A DNA stretch of 64,000 bases. Source: Chrysomallon squamiferum (lineage: Eukaryota > Animalia > Mollusca). The stretch covers positions 20,956,001-21,020,000 of the forward strand of contig CM022673.1 in assembly GCA_012295275.1 (NCBI GenBank). Reading direction: 5' to 3'. Positions 13,656-26,300 of this stretch are shown piece after piece (position 1 is the stretch's first letter; each line of letters starts with the position of its first letter). A program made the translations under genes and the position numbers. Under the pieces are notes generated by a model, which searched no databases, was not told where the DNA came from, and saw only the letters and a program-made list of their open reading frames with translations.

Positions 13656-16126
13656 TTCATACTGCCAACAACAAATAAATAAATTAGTAAATAATAATAA
13701 CAATAATAAAATAAAGAGAACAAAAATAATGAAAATTAAAGTAAAAAAAATAAGGTTTCATTTTTCAGTTTACCTTGAATGGTTTATTGGCAGCCATTGC
13801 AGCTATAGTGTTCCTAGCAACTTTTCCAGATCGTGTTTTGGGTAGTTTGGGGACAACAACTGCAAGTTTGAAGGCTGCAACTGGTCCAATTGTGGTTCTC
13901 ACAATGTTAATTGTGTTTTCAATCACTTCCTTGTCAGTTTTTTTACAATCTGGAATAGAATATGTATAATACAGTATGTGGTGGTGGGATGTTAAATGGT
14001 AGGATATGTGATATTGTATGATGTAATATTAGAGAAGTGTTAAAAATATACTGAAACTCAAAGTTCAAGAACAGTGTAGAAACCATTCATATTTAAATTT
14101 ATTTAATTACATTCTTTAATTGTATTTTTATTTATTTAATTGGCTAATTTTTAACAGGCTCACCATGTTTGACAACACACAAACCAAGAGGAACCTGCCC
14201 TTTTAGTTTGTCTGGCACTGGAATGACAGCTGCCTCCACAACATCAGAATTGCCCAGTATTGCCTAGGAAAACAAAAACTTTAAGTATATACAAGCATTA
14301 ATTATGTATTGTGATCAACTATTTAGTTTTATTATTTAGACATGGCTGTCAGCTTTAGGAAATTACAAACATCTTTCAAGCAACAGTCATCTGAAACCAT
14401 GTCAGGAACTTATGTGTGAGTTATTTCTAATGCTGTTTTATGTTTTCTTATTAATAACAATATAAAATCTTGTTATGTGCATTAACAAAGATTGATTTAT
14501 TTAATTTTAAATGAAAGGAACAGTAAACTATAAACACCATGAAGCCATGAAAATAAATGATATTGTTACCTCTTCAATGGCTCCAGTTGAAAGTCTGTGG
14601 CCTGCTACATTGATGACATCATCACTTCTTCCCATCACTGCAATATATCCATTCTCATCTTGAAAACCAGAGTCCATTGTATCATAATAACCCTATCAGA
14701 TAATAACACTCTCAAACAAAGTTGCTATCCTAAAGAAGGCTTCATATTTTTATTTTATTTTTTATTTTGTAATTTATGAAACTGTTTGCTTTTCTAGTAA
14801 TAATATTAATATATAGTCATCATCATCATCATCATCACCATCATCATCACTGGCATAAAAAGAATAACATCACAGATAAAAATATGTTGTATTTAAACAA
14901 GCCAACACTTCAACATAAAAATTCTACAACTTACAGGAAAATTTTCAAAGTAAGTTGATTTAAAACGATCATCTGCAAGCCAAAGGGTTGAGAAAGATCC
15001 AGGTGGTAATGGCAATCTGTAATTATCAAAACATGTTTACATTTTATAAAGTAAACCTCCTCAGAAATTTAATGTTTAATAAACTGGTAAAACTTGGTGT
15101 AATGAACAAGCTACTACAGTATCAGGATAAGTAAATAAATAATAAAATAATACAGAATTATTTATGTCTCCCAAATTTGATTATCTTGAGAACAGAAAGA
15201 ATTAAACAATATCAGATTCAGCTTCTTAGTTTCTGAGTAGGTTTTTTTCCTTCAGATTTCTGGATGATATTACAATAAACTGGGTCAATGTCAAATTTTT
15301 TGCATTCTCACCAGCTTGTTCCTACTTTATTATTAGTAAGGACTGGACATCAGTATAATATGAAACAATAACTAGTATACAGTTTAGTATCACAATAGAA
15401 ACAATTCAAGATCCTTCCAAATTCTTTTCTTTTACAAAACTTACTTTACTAAAATCTGACCAAGCTCATTAGGTTTTGTCTCTTGACCATCAGCCATAAC
15501 TTTCACTGAAAATAAATAAATAAATGAATAATAACAGTAACAACACTGCAAAATAAAATAAAAAAGATTGAAATAAGAACGAGCAAATATTAACAAGAAA
15601 CCAGTAATATGGATTAATAAGAAAGGAAACAAAAAAGTAATAACAAAGACATATTTACCATTCCAGCCAGGTACAGGTTTTCCAGCCCTACCAGGTGGTG
15701 GGTATGGGTCCATGTCCATACCTGTGCATGTACATGTTATTGGCCATCCTGATTCTGAAAATGTAATTACATCACCTCACATTTTAAACAAGTTTCAACT
15801 GTTCTAATTAAGAATTAGCTCTTTATTGATGTATTTGATCTGGGTCAAATATTGGTTTGATGTACACAAATTTTATTTAGGATATATATACATATAAAGC
15901 AAGGTTACAAACTAAGAAATAAAGGTACACAGCTAAATAAAGTTATAAACAGATAAGTTACTGCTACAGTACCTGTTTGCCACCAGTGATCTAGGATGGG
16001 TTTTTTAAATAGTTTCCTTGCCCAGTGAATTGTCTCATGATCTAAATGTTCTCCAGCAGCAAACACCCCTCTCAAACTAAATAAGAACAGAACAGTAAAA
16101 AAAAAAATAATAAAAATTAACAAAAC

Positions 16127-16169
<43 letters not shown>

Positions 16170-19100
16170 AAAACAGATAAATAGAGATAAACATACATAT
16201 ATACATACATATATATAATGTATAATGAAAGCACAGGTACTAAAAATAAATGGCAGTAAAAATATTAGTTTAACAGTTTATAACATGTGGTCAGTACATG
16301 ATATGTCACAACTACAGAAATATGACTGCACCCACATATTTTTAAATTGTATTGTATTGTTCATTATTATAAATTAAATTTTCATTGAAAAAAAATTAAT
16401 AATAAACAAAAATAAAACAAGTGAGTAATATACAGAATATATTTAAACGGTATTACAAAAGGTATATTTTACGTTTAGTGAAAAAACACATTAAACATAA
16501 TTTCTCTTAATAAATCAAATCCTATGATAATAATAAATGATGAATTTCTTTGTTAAGCAATAAAACCCTTCTTTATAAAAATATTAATGTAAACCAGGTT
16601 AGTAATGCATCAACTATTTTGAAAGTGGCTAAGTATTAAATTATTAATAAACAATGAATAAAGTTATACAAACATTAAATATTTTTATATTTAATTATTT
16701 TTGTAAAAGATAATAAAACAATTTTAAAAAAACCTGGGAGAAACCCATCAACAAAACACTCTTAACATTTGAACTCCTCATTTTTAGTATAAAAAATAAA
16801 AACACTGACACAACTAAAAAATGTACAAATAAATTCAATAAAGTTAAAAATTTTAATTTCAGGTTAATGAAGTTTTTAACTTTTATATTTACCATTATCT
16901 ACATGTGTTTCATTTAAAACTGTCACCATTAACTTTAACCTGTTAACAAAAATAAGCTGTAGTTAGATCTAATCTTGTTAGAAGACTAGTTGGAAAATAA
17001 GGTAGGACTCAAAAATTAGGATTTCTAGGGACTCAAATACCAATGACATTTATACAGGCATGAATAAATAATAAGATATATACAGATACTAAGATGAAGC
17101 ATGGAAATCGTTGTGAAATAGAAACTGATATTTTGCTTTTATATCTTTCATTTACATTTTTTTTTTTACTTTACTATAAGATGTTATAAATAAATCCATT
17201 TTGAAGGTCCATGGTATTGAAAATGTAGTACATTAATAGATTTTTCAAAAACTGGTCTGTTGTAATGTAAAGGTTTTAATTTTATAGTATTGTCTGTTAT
17301 ATAAATTAGTACAGCTTTTAGGGCATTTGTTACAATAATGGAAACAGCAAAATATCCACAGATGTTCCATGTTTGCCGTATTCATTTTTTTTTTTTACAT
17401 GATAGCATGCATTTCTTTAACAAAGTAATGATAGTAATATATTAGTAATTGTTTTGCACTGAAATGGCCAATGAAATCAAGTCTTACTATTTAAGTATTA
17501 TGGAAATAAAGAAAACAACCAAGTATAGATAAACTAACCTGTCCAGTGGCATATATTTCTTAGAAAACTCTCCATTAGGATCCTAAATAAAAATCATCTA
17601 CTTAATTTAATTTTTTCCATGTAACTGCTTTTCTTTTCGTTTTCTTTCTTTTGTGTATTTTTCTTTTTACTGCTTTTCTTTTTCTTTCTTTTTTTATGGT
17701 TATTTAATGTGAAATATAATTAAATTTTATTATTATTATTTTTTTTCTCTTTGTTTTTTTATTTTAGAAAATCTTTCAGTCAATTCTGTATTTTAGATAG
17801 TAGTTCATTTGCTTTGACAAAACACTTCACATGTCATCATTTGACTTGAATACTCATTAATATTTGTTATTCACTGATACCAGTTAGATTTTAGTAATAA
17901 ATGTTAAACAAACCTCAGCTCTGATAGCTCTAAGTGCTGTAGGAGCAGTGAACATACTGCAAACATTGTGTTCTTTAATCACTCGGAAATATGTTGTTGA
18001 GTCAGGTGTTCCAACAGGCTTACCCTTAATAATTAAAAAATATAAGTATTATTTTAATAAATAAAGGACATTCAAGGACATATATCTATGAAAGAATGAT
18101 TTCACTCCTACCTAAAGGTACTTAGATTAATATAATAGAAGCAGAAGTTAAGCAATGAATTTAAATTCATAATCCATACCTCAAAAATAACTGATGTGTT
18201 CCGATTCAGTAAAGGTGCATAAGCGATGTAGGAGTGACCAACCACCCAGCCCAGGTCTGAGGCAGCCCACCAAGTCTGAAACAAAAAGTTGTTGATGGGT
18301 TTTTTAGTTTAAAGTAATAAAAAAATATTAAATATTAATCATATCAAAATGGTTAGAATACAGGACCAAAGATAGCAAATATAACAACTCTGGTGCTGCA
18401 ACAACCCATTACTGGTTTATCAAAAACCATCATATGTACTTCCCTATCTGTGGAAGGATGTACATAAAAGATGCTAATCTATATGATGGCTGGATTACAT
18501 GAAAACCCTCAATAAAGCTCATTAAAATGGTTGATCAAGTTTCTTTTTAATGGTATACAGATTTGAAGCTTTGTCCTTGGCATATTATTAGCAGCCTCAT
18601 TTCAGTACAATGTTCACTATTTGACAGATACACAAAGAAAATAAGTAATATTGCATATTGCATCTATACCATAATATAAGAAGATATTAATATTATCAAG
18701 TATATTAAAAACTGTTTTTTTTCATCTTTTAAATTTATCTGTATTATTTCTTAATATATTTAAATATTATTTTTGAACAGAAATTCATGTTTTAATTTTT
18801 AAACTTTCTTTTAAAGAGATTAAATTTTGTTGTCATTAAATACAAAAGGTTGTTTACTTCTCCAGGATCAACATTAAAAAGAGCTTTCATGGACCACTTC
18901 ATAACAACTGCATATCCTCCTACTGGTCGGACAACTGCCTAAAATAAAAATTAAAAATTTAATCATTTTCAATTTGAACTGACAGAAACAATTCAGAAAA
19001 GTAATGGAGAAAGAACAAAACAGAATTTGTATTTTATAACACCTGGATAAATATTCTGAAATTTTTCATGTAAATATAAATATGTTACAAATAATTAAGA

Positions 19101-22100
19101 AGTTAATAACATTTAAATTAGGAACAATACAGTTAAGTGAAAACATCTGCAAAGAATTTAAACATAATATATATTTTCAAATGAAACTTAATCAGTGTGA
19201 AAATTATCACTTTGCAGCTAGTTATTTAAATGTTAGTATATCATCTCACCTTCGGTAATCCAGTAGTTCCTGAAGTGTATATAAAATAAACTGGATCCAT
19301 AGCAGCAACAGGTACACAGTCCACACCTTCACTGTCTGCTATTTCTTCTTCCCAATCAACATCCATGTTTTTCATCAGTGGAGCACGATCAAACTAGAAT
19401 ATAAAATAATGAATCATTTAGAAATGACTGAGGATCCAGATGAAGTAAAGGAAGAGAGGTAATTCTCCATAATCTGGGGTCAAAAACAGATTGATTTACC
19501 AGATTTTTTTGATTTTTTTTAACTGACCTAACATAGAACGGCGCACTACCTTGCAATAATTTCCTTTTAAAACCTGCATCAGCAGCCTTTACTTAAAGTT
19601 TTACAAAGATAGTTTAATGTAACCATCACTGTTATATCAATTGGAAAAAAATATGATGAAAACATTTTTATCATAATTTTAAGTATATATATATATATAT
19701 TTAGAAGATTTGATCAACTTTCCAAACCAATCCATTCTGTATTTAAGTAACAATATATAAAGGTGAGAACTGACTTGTAACTCAAAAGAAATTAAGAAAT
19801 GATAGTAACTGTGGATTATTTAGTGATAGATATTAATTGATCAGTACTACTTAATGTTTGTACCCATAAATGATATTTCCAGTATTACTTTTATTTGTTA
19901 TCCTTTAATAACATCAACATAATTATCAAACTGGTTCTATGCAAGTAATATACTGTTGTAATTATCAAACTGGTTCAAAGCCTGTAATATACTGTTGTAA
20001 TTACATGAAGTTTGATGGTTTTTTTACCTGTGGTCTATTGAAAATAATACACTTGTTAGGTCTGAAGTCAATCAACTGAAGAGCTCCTTCTAACATGGGT
20101 TTGTAAGGAACAATTCTGGTGGGTTCCACTCCACAGCTGGCACTGATGATCACTTTTGGCTTTAGTAAGAAATAAAACAAAACAAAGAAATAAAAAAAGG
20201 AAAAAGTAAACAGAAAAAAAATGTTGCTTAAAAAGAATAAAGAAAATAATTAATATTAAATTAAACTATGGAGCAGATTTGTGCGTGTTGGTGGGTGGAT
20301 GTTGTATGTATGCTGTGTAATAAATAGACAGCAATTTGCTGTTCAAGTAAAAATTAAATTAAAAATGCTAATATTATATTACTGATTTTTAATATAAAAC
20401 AACTGTACTGCAACATACCTTAGCATGGTCAATTCTTGTTGAAAGTTCCTTTGAGGCAAATCCACCAAACACTAAAGAGTGATTGGCTCCTAGCCTAGCA
20501 GATGCCAACATGGCCACCACTGCTTCAGGAATCATTGGCATATAAATAATAATCTGATCTCCTTTTTTCACCCCATGTTTGCGCAAAACACCAGCTAATC
20601 TGCTAACCTATAAAATAAGATATTAAATAATCTTAATAATTAAGAGTTAATTTATATGATTTTAGATATATTTACAAATTTAAAAAGATTGATAAAAGCA
20701 ACTCTGTTATTACCATGCCAATTCTTAAAATTCATTATTTCCTTACTTATTTAACTATTTTGCATTTATTTCGTTTAATCCTTAAGTTTCATTAATATTT
20801 GATTTTAAATGTTTTCAAACTGTATAACATTTATAAGATTAAATTGTCATTATTAAGAACAGATTTTGCAATTATTACAGTTTCTTTATTTTATATAATA
20901 TCAAAACACTAATAAACAAAGTTTAAGAAATATCATACTAATGACGTTCACTTTCATTCACTTGACAACACTATCCAGATATATATGTAAACATTATTTC
21001 TTAACAAATTTACCTGCTGAGATGCTTCCACACAATTAAGCCTAGAAATGCTGCAGTTAAAATATCATAATAGATTTTTTTGTTCAATTATTTACCTTCT
21101 CAAGTAGTTCACTGTAAGTTATCTTTGTAACAGATTTAGTAACAGGACTGTCGTGAATGAGTGCTGTCTCTTCTCCATAACCAGCCTCAACATGTCTGTC
21201 TACAGCATTGTAGCATATACTAATTTCACCTCCATCAAACCTGAAATTATCCCTAATGTATTATGATACTGCAGATTAAGAGTTTCATTTCACATTAAAT
21301 ATGGCCATTGGATACACTCAAAATGTTTTCTTTTAGTGATGTATAAATTACAGTTATTATTACTGCTTGGTGGCAATCTGAAATTCTGAAATAAAATAAT
21401 CATCATATAAAGATTGTTTTTATATTTTGTGGTGAATATCAAAATAAAAATTAAATACCATGGTCAAAATATTTATTATATTCGTTATTTGTAGTATCAT
21501 GGTATGTTAAGTTTTCACTAAAATAATGGCAAATATTTTTTAAATGAATATTACAAACAGATATATATTTTTTATTTATTTTTTATTTGTTTTTTAATTT
21601 AATTTTATTTATATATTTACGTATTTATTTATTTATTTTTATTTATATATTTATATATTTATTTATTTATGTTTATTTTATTTATTTATTTTTTTTTTTA
21701 CTGAGGTATGTGGACAAAATTTTCAAACCCAGGAATCTAAAAACATATAACAGCTGGAAAGAGCTTGGAAACCCCTATAAAATGAAACCAAGATCAAGTG
21801 AATATAAAGGAAGAACCCATTTTCTCAAATCCTGTAATAGGTGCTTATTTTTGTCCAGTTAAACACTATTCAAGACAATGGAAGTTGGTGATAGAAAACT
21901 GCTACATTTAAAAAAAATCTTTCTGGGCAAAACCAGATACAGAAATAATCACAGAATCGAAATATTCAAAATCGATAATGCTTATGGATTTACCGCCGAT
22001 GTTTTTATGGTGGAATCCTTTAGAAATAACGTAATAAAAGCCAATGAAAACGACAAACGGTGCATATCCTCTAGCGAGATATGGCTGAAGTGGAACAGCA

Positions 22101-22522
22101 CCTAATTAGTACAAAATGCACCAGTTATCTCCAGGCGGGTATTTTAATTTTTAAATTTATTTCAAGTGAAATGTAGTATTTAGTAAAAAGAATCAAATTA
22201 TCCATTATTATATTTTATTTATTTATTTAAATGAAACGTACCATTTAGTAAAAGGAGGATTTGAATGATCCAAAACTTTATTCCACTGTTTATGCCAAAC
22301 AAGTTGTTCGGCTACTTTGGCCCAGTATTCATCCGGATTTTCTATCGAATCTGAAAATTCTTTTTCATAAGAATTACTGTGCACTCTTGAACTGACATGC
22401 AAATTGTTGAAGTAAAGAGAACTTACAAAATGTTCTTTTCTGCGTAAATATCGAGAAAATAATGAAAAGGAAGTTAAATGATGAAAAAAAGTTTTGTAAG
22501 TTGACATCTTGCTGCCTAACAT
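12601..22522 (-). CDS. ACSS3: Acyl-CoA synthetase short-chain family member 3, mitochondrial; exons 22522-22242, 21240-21096, 20607-20419, 20159-20028, 19393-19250, 18938-18858, 18275-18180, 18024-17914, 17582-17539, 16076-15973, 15754-15659, 15505-15445, 15016-14935, 14692-14570, 14263-14164, 13949-13774, 12684-12601 (or 9949-9836)
   Basis: Continuous spliced frame with a presequence-like N-terminus. Contains the AMP-binding loop [48 protein letters not shown] and LPKTRSGK; the SCGVEPTR and VFGGFA segments fit the ACSS3/PrpE group. Confidence 0.93.
18405..18482. mobile_element. Degenerate fragment of an interspersed repeat, opposite orientation to the 58799-58960 copy
   Basis: actggtttatcaa....catatgtacttccctatctgtgg is approximately the reverse complement of cagacaggatactacatactacagtcttgttataccag at ~58922-58960. 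Confidence 0.5.
19921..20002. repeat. Direct tandem duplication, 39 bp unit x2
   Basis: aattatcaaactggttc....c..gtaatatactgttgt is repeated. Confidence 0.85.
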
Positions 22523-23320
22523 AATCGATTCACGTCCAAAGACCTTGACATTATGTCATGAATAGTTTATTGGTGTTGTTGTCGACTGAAGTTTGAAATT
22601 GTCAGACCATACTTGCAAGTCGTATCAAATCCAAATATATGTGACTGAAGTCCGAGTACATTAAATGAGTAATCAATAAACGTTTTTGGTGTAACAAAAC
22701 CATCGAAAAATTATTGTTTTAGTTAACCAAGTTCCGCTAATAAAGAAGACTTATACAGGTTGAGGATCCTTTAAAGTTTATCCGAAATCCGACATCCGAA
22801 ACCTTTTCGAGCAGACGAAATTGTATTACACACAAAGATACATTTAAAAAAAAAAAAAAAATTATAATACAGTTTCGTAGTACAGAAATTCTTATAACAT
22901 TGATACTTGGAGGTAATAATAATCTATCTATCTATTGTTATTGTTGTTGTTGTTGTTGTTGTTGTTATTATTATTATTTATTATTATTATTATTATTAAT
23001 TAAAAAAAAAATATTAATGTAATTTTAAATAATATAGATATAAAAGTCTGTCATTCCGTGGCATAAATAATTTTTGTTCCATTTTTATTTTTTTTTTTTT
23101 TTTAAAAAAAAAAAGAAAAACAAAAAAAAAAAAAAAAAAAAAAAGTAAAATATGTCTCTCAACTGGTTTCCCATTACGTTTTCCGATGATCATCTAATAT
23201 ATGGTAACATTAAAGAGAACCAGTTGATAAGCTATTTCTCCATGTGTTTTCCAGAATTTTCGTTTCCTTGCAGCTCACTTTTGGTCAAGATATTATAGGA
23301 TACAGTAATAATACGCCCAA
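22523..23320. promoter_or_regulatory. Probable bidirectional promoter, ACSS3/FKBP4
   Basis: The two start codons diverge ~800 bp apart, and CpG dinucleotides are retained here unlike in the flanking gene bodies. Confidence 0.65.
22754..22820 (+). mobile_element. pogo/Tigger-like terminal fragment
   Basis: TA followed by CAGGTTGAGGATCC...ATCCGAAATCCGA..ATCCGAAACCTTTTCGAGC resembles the Tigger4/MER46-type terminus (recalled, not searched). No partner end was seen. Confidence 0.5.
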
Positions 23321-26300
23321 ATGACGAAAATGGATGATAACGAAACCGTTGAACAAACAAATTCAACTGGACCGGTGGATATAACACCCAACAAAGATGG
23401 TGGTGTTTTAAAAGAGATTTTACGAGAGGGAGTCGGTGATTCAACGCCAAATCCCGAAGATAAAGTCACCGTTCATTATGTAGGGACGCTAGCCGATGGG
23501 ACACTGTTTGATTCCAGTCGAGAAAGAGGAGAAAAATTTGAATTTGAACTCGGGACAGGTATATATTTATTTGTTGTTAATTATATTATATTATGTTTTT
23601 ATGAAATTTTATATTAAATAAAAATGATCAAACTCGATCGTAGGTTTGTGGCAAACTTTACAAAAATAAAATTTTCCTTAATTAATATGGCTCAAAAACT
23701 CTACAGAAATTAAACTAGTAATACTAATAAATATGTAAAGAGATGGTTTTTCAAGATTAAGCTTCTGATTTGGAGAGGCCCTTTCATTTCACAGCATTTT
23801 GGTACACATTTGTATACATCACAAAAACCAGCAACAGAGAAATATTTTGGATTAATTATAATATTCTAAATGGGCGAAGAATGCCCCCAAAATAACTTGT
23901 TAAATGATTTTGAGAAATTTGCAAATGCCATTTAACAGACCTATGTAATTAATGCAGAACTTAGAAAATTTGAAAGCTGTTTATTCATTTCATTTCTTCT
24001 GTATGCAAAATACTGAAGAAATCTTTTTATTCAGATATTGTATATTGTATTTTGGGTCCATTGCATAAAATATGGAACATCAGCATGACACTCAGACTTT
24101 CTTTTTGATATAATTAGTAAAATGATATTTCAGATATATAATTTACTTAATCAAAACTCATATCTGTGTCTTTTGTCTGGAAAAGGTTTATTAATAGCAG
24201 TAAACTTAGAGATCAGTTTATGAATTTTTATTGATGTGACTAAAAGGAAGGTGCATATCTGACCCAGTTTTAAAGAAATGCTGTGTATTTATCTTAATTG
24301 TTTAATATATTTACAGGTTCAGTAATAAAAGCATGGGATCTTGGGGTTGCTACAATGAAGCGTGGAGAGCTGGCCAAGTTTACCTGCAAACCTGAATATG
24401 CTTATGGTGAAACAGGTTCACCTCCAAAAATACCTCCAAATGCAACCTTAATATTTGAAGTGGAGCTGTTTGATTGGAAAGGTATAATAACTTGGGATAT
24501 TTATTACCAAGTACTTTGATATTATTACTGGTATTTGCACCATCACTATTAATATTAAAGAAAGTTATTTTAATTTGTACTACTATTAGAAATTTTGTTT
24601 CAAATTCTATTGTTTCAAATTCTCTGTTTGATGTGTGAGTGTGTGATAGGTGCAAAACACCAGCAATCTCTCTATCTTATTTTAGACTGAGACTAAAACT
24701 AGTATTCAAGTTGTAACTTTTAAAATTATTATCAATTTAATAATTCACTGAATTGTTAGCAAAGTAAAAAGAAAAGAAAAGAAAAATGAATAGTACTTAA
24801 GATGAATCCCTTTGTGTCACTTTAATAATATTAAATAAATCAATGAAATTAAAATAGATAATTATTTTAATACATATTTATCTCTCTTCAGGAATTGATC
24901 TTTCTGAGAACAAAGATGGTGGTATCATGAAGTATTCCATTAAGAAAGGCAGTGGTGGTAAAACTCCAAATGATGGGGCTGTGGTCAACAGTGAGTATTG
25001 TTCCAGCTGTCATTTTTCATTGAACATTTTTATAACAAAAAAAAAGACAACAACCCGCAAATAACCTTGGCACCATTCAAACATAATAATACTTTCATTT
25101 GTGTGTAAAATGTGATGACTGCATACTGAAGATCAGGATAACCAAATAATAAATTAAAAATACATATTAAATAATTTTTAAATAGCATAATTTATGAAAA
25201 AGTTTAAACAATTAGCAAATGTACACAGTCGACCTCTTGGTAGAAATAATGTAGTTGTGTATATTTAACCATTTACTTTCATTAGTGATGTCTAATTTCA
25301 GTTAAATATGTGGGCCGACATGGTGACCACGTGTTTGAGGAGAGAACAGTTCAGTTTACAGTGGGAGAAGGATGTGAGAATGGGATTATTGAAGGACTGG
25401 AGACTGCAATAAAGAAATTCAAGGAAGGCGAACAGGCTAAGTTGGTGATTGCTTCACGTTATGCCTATGGAGATGAAGGAAGTAAAGATTTAAACATTCC
25501 ACCAGGAACCGATTTAGAATACGAAGTTGAATTGCAAAGCTTTGAAAAGGTAAAGGCACTATACAGTCATTTTGTTTCATAATTAGTTATTAACTTTGAT
25601 GTAATTGTTGAAATATTTTGTTATTTTTGTTTTGTTTAATGGTCTGTTTGTTTGTCAGGTCTGAAACATAAGTTACACTGGACTAAACATATGGCAGACA
25701 TATTTGAGGCTTCTTGGAAATTGTTTCAAACTTGCATAGAGATTTTAGAAAATTAATTTCTTTGCCTTTCCAAATAAAAACAGGTATTCTGAGTTAACCG
25801 GTTTTCTGGTGGCATAAATTTGCATTATCATCAATACTGTTTGATGATTTTACAGGTACTGTTTCAGAAATTAGAGGAGATAAGCGTGTTTTAAATTTTA
25901 TAAATTATTACCTGTATTGGCTTTTAATTTTTATTTAGGCAAAAGAATCTTGGGAAATGGACATCAGTGAAAAACTTGAACAGTCAGAAATACTTAAAGC
26001 TAAAGGAACCAAATTCTTCAAGGTATTTTTTTTTTAAAGTATTCCTTTTATTAGTTAACAGCACAGGCTTTTTAATATCAGTTATTGTTTTTCTATATTA
26101 TATAATCATCCTTATTTGATGCAATCAGCAGTATTCCTTTTATTGTATTTGTTTTACAAGCAAAATAAAATCACATGGCAAACCAACATTTGCTAATTTG
26201 ACCACTTTATAATAATAAACAAATTTCTTTGATATTTTTAAATAACAATAATTAAACAACCAAGTTTACTGAGTTATTTTGGAATTTAAGAAAATGAGAT

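Noticed and set aside
14776-14958. Poly-His ORF with hydrophobic start
   Set aside because: A (CAT)n microsatellite in an ACSS3 intron, antisense to the gene.
21587-22105. Two short plus-strand ORFs in ACSS3 intron 1
   Set aside because: Low-complexity start and no motif. Probably a non-coding repeat fragment I could not classify.
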